From the NCBI GenBank assembly GCA_963792415.1, contig CAWBVY010000004.1, forward strand, positions 128,001 through 192,000: a stretch of DNA of 64,000 nt, in the 5' to 3' direction. Each line of letters opens with the position of its first letter. Within the stretch, counting starts at the first letter, position 1. The DNA is from Candidatus Deferrimicrobiaceae bacterium (GTDB taxonomy: Bacteria; Desulfobacterota; Deferrimicrobia; Deferrimicrobiales; Deferrimicrobiaceae). Below, in pieces: positions 57,615-64,000 of this stretch. Under the pieces are notes generated by a model. The model made no database searches, had not been told where the DNA came from, and saw nothing but the letters and a program-made list of their open reading frames with translations. Made by a program: the position numbers and the translations under genes.

Positions 57615-59086
57615 CCGGACACCTCTTCCTCCGGCGTGCACGCCCTCCCCTTCAGGTCGAAGAGGAATCGCAGGATCTTCTTCGTCCGGTCGCCGAACAG
57701 CTTCTCGGAGTAGTACGACCCGGCGGCCTTCTTCGAGATCTCCGCGAGCGTCGGGTAGGCGTGGATCGCCCCGGCCATGGTGGAGAGCTTCACCCCGCCG
57801 TTGATCGCGGCGACCCATTCGTGGATCAGTTCGCCGGCATGGGGCCCGGCGATCTGGCAGCCAAGGAGCGCCCCGGACGGGCTGATCAGCACCTTGATCT
57901 TTCCTTCGGTCTCCCCTTCGGCGAGGGCGCGATCCACGTCGCGAAACGCCGCCTCGAGGATCCGGTATTCCACTCCCGCCGCCTTCGCCCGCTTCTCGTT
58001 CAGCCCCACGCTCGCCACCTCGGGATCGGTGTACGTGCACCACGGGACCTTCGCGTAGTCCGCTTTCCTCGGCAACCGGAGCACCGCGTTCGACAGGGCG
58101 ATCCCCGCCTCGTACCCCGCCACGTGGGTGAACGGGAAGACGCCGTTCACGTCGCCGCACGAATAGATGTGCGGAACGTTCGTCCGCATCCGCCGGTCGG
58201 CCGGAACCCCTCGCGGAGAGAACCCGACGCCCGCCGCGGACAACTCCAGCCCCTCGACGTTCGGTTTCCGTCCGGCCGCCACGAGAAGGACATCCCCTTC
58301 GACTGTCCACGCCTCCCCTTCTCCCTTCGCGGGCCCCACCCGCAGTTGCACCGACCCGTTCCCCATGGTCGCCTTGAGGGCTTTCGTGCCGGTGAGGACC
58401 TTCACCCCTTCCGCTTCGAGCCGGTTTCTCAGGATCAAGGCGATGTCCGGGTCCTCGGGACCCAGAACCTGGTCCCCGTATTCGATGAGGGTGACTCCCG
58501 ACCCGAGACGCCGGAACGCCTGCGCCATCTCCACACCGATCGGCCCGCCGCCGAGGATCAGCAGGTGTCCCGGCAGCTCCGTCTGGGAGAAGACCGTCTC
58601 GTTCGTCCAGTACGGGACGTCGGCGATCCCTTCCACGGGCGGCAGGGACGGGCTCGAGCCGGTGGCGATGATCCACGCCCTCGCAGTGAGGCGCGCCCCG
58701 TCGAGGTCGACCGTATGGTCGTCGACGAAGCGCGGGGATCCGAACCGGACTTCCGCGCCGAGCTTGCAGAACCGCTCCGGCGAGTCGTGCTCCTGGATCG
58801 TGTCGATCACCGAGCGGACCCGGCCCATGACGGCGGCGAGGGAGACCGGCGGGAGCGCCACCTCCGGAAGCCCGAACTCCTTCGCGCGGCGGGCGAGGGA
58901 CCAGACCCCGGCCGTCCGGATCAATGTCTTCGATGGGACGCACCCGAAGTGGAGGCAGTCTCCTCCGAGTTTTTTCGCCTTTTCGACGAGGATCGTCTTC
59001 GCGCCGAACTGGGCCGAACCTGCCGCCGCCGTCAACCCTGCCGCTCCCCCTCCAAGGATCCCAAGATCGTAATCAAACGCCGCCAT
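57611..59086 (-). CDS. Pyridine nucleotide-disulfide oxidoreductase (MerA/Lpd-like)
   Basis: GGGAAG, GGDCLHFGCVPSK, GGGPIGVE, HAYPT; no MerA C-terminal CC pair. Confidence 0.92.
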   Translation of the reverse strand: MAAFDYDLGILGGGAAGLTAAAGSAQFGAKTILVEKAKKLGGDCLHFGCVPSKTLIRTAGVWSLARRAKEFGLPEVALPPVSLAAVMGRVRSVIDTIQEHDSPERFCKLGAEVRFGSPRFVDDHTVDLDGARLTARAWIIATGSSPSLPPVEGIADVPYWTNETVFSQTELPGHLLILGGGPIGVEMAQAFRRLGSGVTLIEYGDQVLGPEDPDIALILRNRLEAEGVKVLTGTKALKATMGNGSVQLRVGPAKGEGEAWTVEGDVLLVAAGRKPNVEGLELSAAGVGFSPRGVPADRRMRTNVPHIYSCGDVNGVFPFTHVAGYEAGIALSNAVLRLPRKADYAKVPWCTYTDPEVASVGLNEKRAKAAGVEYRILEAAFRDVDRALAEGETEGKIKVLISPSGALLGCQIAGPHAGELIHEWVAAINGGVKLSTMAGAIHAYPTLAEISKKAAGSYYSEKLFGDRTKKILRFLFDLKGRACTPEEEVSG

Positions 59087-59119
59087 GAAGTCCCCCTTTC
59101 GCTTTCCGTGCTCCGATGA

Positions 59120-59145
59120 GTCGCTGCCGGGGCGAATCCCTTACA
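59120..59145 (-). promoter_or_regulatory. Putative ECF sigma promoter for the oxidoreductase-TVP38-DUF302-Prx operon
   Basis: TGTAAGG-N15-CGAC(TCATC). Confidence 0.75.
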
Positions 59146-59242
59146 ACCCTGCCGTTGAGATGACCGGTCGGAGCGAAACGTACCGGGTATAATGTCGGGC
59201 ACGTTACCATCTGGAGCCTCTGGGGACTCCGGAGGAACCGGG

Positions 59243-60130
59243 ATGCGCAAGGAGAGGGAGATGGAACGCGCGGTTCGGGACGAGATCGTTCGCTTCGTGC
59301 TTGAGAGACCGGAGAATCGGCACAGGGAGGGGGAGGGGCGCTATTTCGACGAACCGCTGGTCGGGTTTGCGTCCGCCGCGGACCCGCTCTTCACGGAGTA
59401 CAAGAGGATCATCGGCCCCTTCCACCGGACGCCCGCGCAGTGGATGGCGACGGAACCGGACGCGCAGGTTCTGCTCCAGGGAACGGTCATCTGCTGGATC
59501 CTCCCCGTCACCCGCGCCACGCGCGAGACCAACCGCAGGGAGCGGATGTGTCCTTCCCGGGAGTGGGCGCACACGCGGAATTACGGAGAGAACTTCAACG
59601 TTCTGCTGCGCCAGCACGTGGTCGCGTTTCTCCTCGGGCACGGCCATCGGGCGATCGCCCCGCAGCTTTCCCCGGACTGGAAGCGGGTCGACGGCACCCC
59701 CGCGGGGATCGCCTCCACCTGGTCGGAGCGTCACGCCGCCTATGCCGCCGGCCTGGGGACCTTCAGCCTCAACGACGGCCTGATCACCGAGCGGGGGATC
59801 GCGCACCGTTGCGGGAGCGTGATCACCGACCTGGTCCTCCCGCCCACCAGAAGGTCCGGCACCGACCATCGGAGGAATTGCCTGTACTTCCGGGAGGGGG
59901 GTTGCGGAGTCTGCATCGACCGGTGCCCGGCGGGAGCGCTCTCCCGGGAAGGGCACGACAAACCGAAGTGCCGTGAGTATTGCCACGTGGAGATTCCTCG
60001 CGCCGTGGGGGAGCGGTTCCAGGTGTCCGAACTCGGCTGCGGCCTCTGCCAGACGATGGTCCCCTGCGAGGGGTCGATCCCGCGCGGGAAGGGACGACCG
60101 GAACCCGGCGAGGAGGCGCGCAGGGATTGA
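59243..60130 (+). CDS. Epoxyqueuosine-reductase-like 4Fe-4S protein
   Basis: WSERHAAYAAGLGTF, CGVCIDRCP, CGLCQTMVPC. Confidence 0.85.
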   Translation: MRKEREMERAVRDEIVRFVLERPENRHREGEGRYFDEPLVGFASAADPLFTEYKRIIGPFHRTPAQWMATEPDAQVLLQGTVICWILPVTRATRETNRRERMCPSREWAHTRNYGENFNVLLRQHVVAFLLGHGHRAIAPQLSPDWKRVDGTPAGIASTWSERHAAYAAGLGTFSLNDGLITERGIAHRCGSVITDLVLPPTRRSGTDHRRNCLYFREGGCGVCIDRCPAGALSREGHDKPKCREYCHVEIPRAVGERFQVSELGCGLCQTMVPCEGSIPRGKGRPEPGEEARRD

Positions 60131-60134
60131 TGCA

Positions 60135-60815
60135 TCACCGCTCCGGCGGCAGGAACCGGATCGCGCCGTACCACGCGACCGCCTGCTCCCCCGTATTGTC
60201 GGTGTCCGTCATGATCGCAACCGCGCCGATCGCGGGAGGATCTTCCCCGAAGGCGCGGCGGTAATCCTCCACGAGATCGCGCTCCTCGTCGATCCACCTC
60301 CCCGCGTTCCCGTCGCCGCTCTCCACGGCCACCATGACGGCGTTTCCCGTGAAGGCGTTGGGAAGAAAGGCCCCGGGGGGCAGGCGGTTCGCCCAGATGT
60401 AGTTGACGGCCCGCGTCCTCCAGAAGAGGGCGGAGGGGAAGACGACGTACACCCGCGCCGCGTAATCGTCCCCCGCTTTCGTCCGCTCGTCCCCCTTGCC
60501 GATCGTGTGGACGATCTTCCAGGACCACGACAGCCGCGGGTGCGTCTTCGGATCGAGGGAGACCTTGTAGATCAGGGCCGATGCGGCCGCCCGGCTCTCC
60601 GCCTTCACCGCGGGCCGGCCCTCCTCGACGACCGGCCGGTAGGCCGTCTCCCCCTTGAAGACCTTCTTCTCCCACCCGGTGGAGATCCCCTTGGCGAAAT
60701 CGTCGATGAGCAGCGGGTCGGCCGCGATCCCCGCCGTCCCCGCCAGGATCATCGACAATACGAGCGCCGGGACAACCGCATGCCGGAAGATCCACCGGAA
60801 ACCGGGACATTTCAT
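60135..60815 (-). CDS. Secreted DUF3047-domain protein
   Basis: LSWSWK, GDDYAARVYVVF, INYIW-type motif VNYIW, AIMTDTDNTG. Confidence 0.92.
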   Translation of the reverse strand: MKCPGFRWIFRHAVVPALVLSMILAGTAGIAADPLLIDDFAKGISTGWEKKVFKGETAYRPVVEEGRPAVKAESRAAASALIYKVSLDPKTHPRLSWSWKIVHTIGKGDERTKAGDDYAARVYVVFPSALFWRTRAVNYIWANRLPPGAFLPNAFTGNAVMVAVESGDGNAGRWIDEERDLVEDYRRAFGEDPPAIGAVAIMTDTDNTGEQAVAWYGAIRFLPPER

Positions 60816-60955
60816 TCCTTGGCGACCTCCCTCTTCGTCCTCTCCTCCCGAACATTGTGGCCGAAGGGCGCCGCGCGGTCCATGCCCTGATTCACGCTCC
60901 CACCCGATCCGGAAGCGGGGATTGCCACGTTCGCGGGAAAATGAGATAAAAAAGC

Positions 60956-61540
60956 GTGGCGAAGCCCGCGAATACGGACCCGGCGGAGTGGGTCGACCGG
61001 TACGGGGACTACCTGTTCCGGTACGCGATGGTCCGGCTGCGGGACCGCCCTTCGGCAGAGGACCTGGTCCAGGAGACATTCCTCGCCGCGCTCAAGGACT
61101 ACGGCTCCTTTTCCGGAAAGTCTTCCGAGTCGACCTGGTTGGTCGGCATCCTGAAACACAAGATCCTCGACCACTTCCGGCGCCAGGCCCGGGAGGCTCC
61201 CGTCGCGGACAGCGATCTCCGGGAGCATCCCGATCCCTCCTCCTTCGACGGGTCGGGACATTGGGCGAAAGGACCGACCGACTGGGGCGGCAACCCGGCG
61301 GACCTCTACCGGGAGAAGAAATTCCTCGATCAGCTCACGAAATGCCTCTCCGGTCTTTCCCCGAACCATGCGAACGCCTTCACCCTCCGGGAGATCGAGG
61401 GGGCGGACACCGGCGAGATCTGTAAGGTTTTGAACGTCACCGAGACCAACCTCTGGGTGATTCTCCACCGCTCGCGGATGCTCCTGCGGCGGTGCCTGGA
61501 GGCCAACTGGTTCGAAAAGAGAGCGGAGAAGGGATCCTGA
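60956..61540 (+). CDS. ECF sigma-70 factor
   Basis: AEDLVQETF, TWLVGILKHKILD, NLWVILHRSR..CLEANWF. Confidence 0.95.
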   Translation: MAKPANTDPAEWVDRYGDYLFRYAMVRLRDRPSAEDLVQETFLAALKDYGSFSGKSSESTWLVGILKHKILDHFRRQAREAPVADSDLREHPDPSSFDGSGHWAKGPTDWGGNPADLYREKKFLDQLTKCLSGLSPNHANAFTLREIEGADTGEICKVLNVTETNLWVILHRSRMLLRRCLEANWFEKRAEKGS

Positions 61541-61782
61541 TGCTTTCCTGTAAGGATGTGACAAAGCTCCTCTCCGAGTCGATGGACACCTCTCTGCCCA
61601 TCGGCAAGCGGATCGGCGTGCGCTTCCATCTCCTCATCTGCAAGTTCTGCTTGAGGTACGAACGGCAGCTCCTCCTGATACGCGAAACCGTGCGACGCCT
61701 CGCGGCGACGGAAGGGATTCCAGGAGAAACCCTTTCGGCGGAGACGAGGGAGCGGATCCGGAAATCCCTCGCAACGCCGTAA
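61540..61782 (+). CDS. Soluble zinc-finger (zf-HC2) anti-sigma factor
   Basis: MLSCKDVTKLLSES..HLLICKFC; overlaps the sigma stop. Confidence 0.92.
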   Translation: MLSCKDVTKLLSESMDTSLPIGKRIGVRFHLLICKFCLRYERQLLLIRETVRRLAATEGIPGETLSAETRERIRKSLATP

Positions 61783-61882
61783 TCCCCTTCGAACGGGCCC
61801 TCTGCCCGGACCCCTCAACCGCCGTGCGACATTCGGAACCACGGGTGCGTGGCGGGGAAGCAACGCTCGGGATTCCGCACCG

Positions 61883-62614
61883 TTATGCCCCGCGCAGCAG
61901 GAAAAGGATCGGCACGGGAGCGATCGCCAGGCATACGGCGAACAGGTACTTCGGGTAGGGGAAGAGACGGCTCATCCCGGCGACGAGCCCGATCCCCCCG
62001 CCGCCTCCGATGAGGGCGTTGCCGGGAAGGTTGAACAGAACGGCGATGACGAGGTATCGGTGCCGGAGCAGGAAGGGGACGATCCGCGAAGGGACGCTCT
62101 GAAGAAGGAAACGGAGCCGCTCCTCCGGATCGAGGGGCACGAGAACCGCGACCAGGTCCCGGGCCCGGTCGAGGTGGAACCAGTCCAGGGCGCGCACGAG
62201 AATCCGGGGGGGGAGAAGCCGGCCGAGCAGGAAGCTCAGGGTAAGGGCCAGGACCGTCGCAAGATACACGAGGGCGATCCCCGGGCGACCGAACAGAACC
62301 ATGACCATGAGGCCGATTTCGACCCCCGGAAGGAACGGGATCGCAAGGAGAAGCACGTACGCGGCGACGGAGGCGGTCAGCACCGTGAGCGCCATGTTGA
62401 TGTGGCGAGGCCACAACTGAAACGCGATCTGTTTCGCGATCCACCCCATGCCGTAATTCAGGAAGACGAGGACGAGGAGGAAGAGCGCGACCTTGCCCGC
62501 AACCCGCACGCCCCCCCGAGCGCTCTTCCCGACGGATTCCCCCGCAACGCGCGCCTGCTCGCCGGAACGCGTCCCGACGTCGCAGGGGGGAATCCTATCC
62601 GTGCCGGAGGTCAT
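61883..62614 (-). CDS. Membrane protein (divergent VTT-like)
   Basis: Multiple TMs, LLAIPFLPGVEIG, NLPGNALIGGGGGI; coupled to the upstream gene. Confidence 0.8.
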   Translation of the reverse strand: MTSGTDRIPPCDVGTRSGEQARVAGESVGKSARGGVRVAGKVALFLLVLVFLNYGMGWIAKQIAFQLWPRHINMALTVLTASVAAYVLLLAIPFLPGVEIGLMVMVLFGRPGIALVYLATVLALTLSFLLGRLLPPRILVRALDWFHLDRARDLVAVLVPLDPEERLRFLLQSVPSRIVPFLLRHRYLVIAVLFNLPGNALIGGGGGIGLVAGMSRLFPYPKYLFAVCLAIAPVPILFLLRGA

Positions 62615-63414
62615 TCGGCCGGACCGCCCCGGTACCAGTAGTGCCGATCGACCTTCCAGTACCACCGATCGTGGACCCAATGGGCCGTGGCCTCCATGAC
62701 ATCCCCCCGCACGGTTCCCTCCCAATACATGGCGCCGTGCGTCGGGCTCGTCGTTTCCGCCCGGAAACGGATCCCGTTCCCTTCCACGGCAGCCGAATAG
62801 GACGATTTCCCGAAGTTCTGCTCCACACAACCGCTCGAGACGAACATCCCGTCCCGGAAGATCATGTAATCGTCGTGGTCGGCCGATTTCCCATTTTCCC
62901 CCGTCCGGACGAAGAACGTCCGCCCATCCAGTAGGGTCGAGGTCCCCGTGCCGCGTGCAGACGCACCGGCGGGATTCTTTACCTCCTCCCCCCTGGCCCA
63001 ATACTCCCGCTTCGGATGCGGATCGTACCACTTGGGGGCGTCCGCCCAGGTGTAGCCGACATCGATCTCCCCTCCCCGCACCGTGCCCTCCCAGTGGATC
63101 GTCCCCCGCGATCCGCTCTTCGTGTCGGCCACGAACATGATGCCGTCTTCGCTTTTCGTGGAGACGTAGCCCCCCTCGCGAAATCCGTCCCACTTGTCGC
63201 GGATGGTCGAGCGGAATGTCCCGTTCCGGAAGAGATACACGTCTCTACCGTCAGCCTTTTCTCCCTTCGACCCGTTTTCGACGAGGAATACCATCCCGTC
63301 CAGGGATCCCTGGCCGGCGGATACGTCCCGGGGGATAAAGAACAGGCCGACACACAGGACGATTGCCAGAACCAACCGGTTGCGATTGGCACCCGATAGA
63401 AGTTTCATTTCCAT
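62611..63414 (-). CDS. Secreted hypothetical protein with a tandem-duplicated beta-rich domain
   Basis: Signal peptide; two repeats LDG.xF.V..G..G..D...FR.G.F.S...GI.F.A.T.S...G...WEGTVRG. Confidence 0.82.
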   Translation of the reverse strand: MEMKLLSGANRNRLVLAIVLCVGLFFIPRDVSAGQGSLDGMVFLVENGSKGEKADGRDVYLFRNGTFRSTIRDKWDGFREGGYVSTKSEDGIMFVADTKSGSRGTIHWEGTVRGGEIDVGYTWADAPKWYDPHPKREYWARGEEVKNPAGASARGTGTSTLLDGRTFFVRTGENGKSADHDDYMIFRDGMFVSSGCVEQNFGKSSYSAAVEGNGIRFRAETTSPTHGAMYWEGTVRGDVMEATAHWVHDRWYWKVDRHYWYRGGPAE

Positions 63415-63708
63415 ATCGTTTCCCTCTCTGCAACTTCCAACGAAATCGCCGTTCCGGATTTACGGATGCCGCTGGTGCCACCCTGTGGTCACTTATAAAA
63501 CAGGACTTCCCGGAGCCTGATCGAAGTTTCCTGAAGGTAGGATGTCCCGTCAGCTCCTTCCGTTCTCCCCTTGGCGCACAAATCCGCCAAGAGATCGTTT
63601 CCGAGGGTAGCACCCGAAACGACAATGGTCCTGTTTGGTGTGCGACCCTCCAGGGCCGGGGGCGTTCCCCGCCGGAACACATTCCTCGTCGGGATTCCTA
63701 CGTCCCGG

Positions 63709-63734
63709 TGTAAGGATCCCGGGGGGCGATCGAC
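63709..63734 (+). promoter_or_regulatory. Putative ECF sigma promoter
   Basis: TGTAAGG-N15-CGAC(TCATC). Confidence 0.72.
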
Positions 63735-63781
63735 TCATCAACAGGCATCGGATGGTGCCAATCCGGTATTGGAGGTTCTAC

Positions 63782-63928
63782 ATGCAAGGGAAACATAAAA
63801 TTGTACGTTCGCTGTTGGTGGTCGTCATTTCCCTCGTTGCCGGACTCGCCTTGGCGGCAGGGGAACAGCAGGTCTCCCTGAAACCCGACACGGCGGGGGA
63901 AGGAGCATCGTCGCGATCCTCACGATGA
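63782..63928 (+). pseudogene. Signal-peptide-bearing stub (truncated secreted protein or small peptide)
   Basis: GGAGG RBS, MQGKHKIVRSLLVVVISLVAGLALAA then a stop after about 22 aa. Confidence 0.5.
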
Positions 63929-63940
63929 AATGTTTCCCCG

Positions 63941-63966
63941 TGTAAGGAATCTCCCCGGGTCACGAC
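63941..63966 (+). promoter_or_regulatory. Putative ECF sigma promoter for a gene beyond the window
   Basis: TGTAAGG-N15-CGAC(CAAC), followed by GAGGGG RBS-like sequence. Confidence 0.7.
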
Positions 63967-64000
63967 CAACCGGCATCGAGGGGGCAAACAATGCATCTAA

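Noticed and set aside
57611-59086. True mercuric reductase MerA
   Set aside because: No C-terminal vicinal Cys pair, no NmerA domain, no merR/merT/merP nearby
61548-61575. TGTAAGG inside the anti-sigma gene as another promoter copy
   Set aside because: No CGAC-like element at 15-nt spacing; explained by the Cys-Lys-Asp codons
1-64000. CRISPR array, rRNA, intact IS/integrase, prophage, or selA/selB/selC/selD genes
   Set aside because: None seen in this window; the Sec machinery must be confirmed elsewhere in the genome

Overview
High-GC bacterial chromosomal segment. Gene content looks deltaproteobacterial (Desulfobacterota/MBNT15-like); this is an inference, not a database result. Most of it is housekeeping: corA, ahbD-like/hemE/hemH/hemY, nadE, queE/queC, glnE, mtnA, pncB/pncA, gatCAB, uvrD/pcrA, zwf/pgl and tRNA-Asn. 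The main hidden signal is recoding. Five in-frame TGA codons that the ORF track treats as stops sit at Cys-equivalent positions, and each is followed by a SECIS-like hairpin with a G-initiated 3-nt loop. They define four selenoproteins: a DedA/VTT-rhodanese fusion (6188-7180), an ArsS-type radical SAM (53190-54206), a UxxC peroxiredoxin-like protein (55744-56394) and a secreted protein with two Sec, in which a degenerate mini-MsrA-like domain is fused to a Sec-MsrA (54648-55643). Three of the four lie in a redox/metalloid island (about 53.2-64 kb). That island also encodes an ECF sigma/zinc anti-sigma pair and carries four exact TGTAAGG-N15-CGAC promoter-like motifs plus one near-copy inside the sigma gene. 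Other oddities: an orphan ChlD/ChlI-like AAA+/vWA module whose two ATPase genes share a near-identical 716-bp block, a degenerate tRNA-Leu att relic, a RelE toxin ORF running antisense into tRNA-Asn, a perfect FNR box, several apparently leaderless genes and several pseudogenes or frameshifts.
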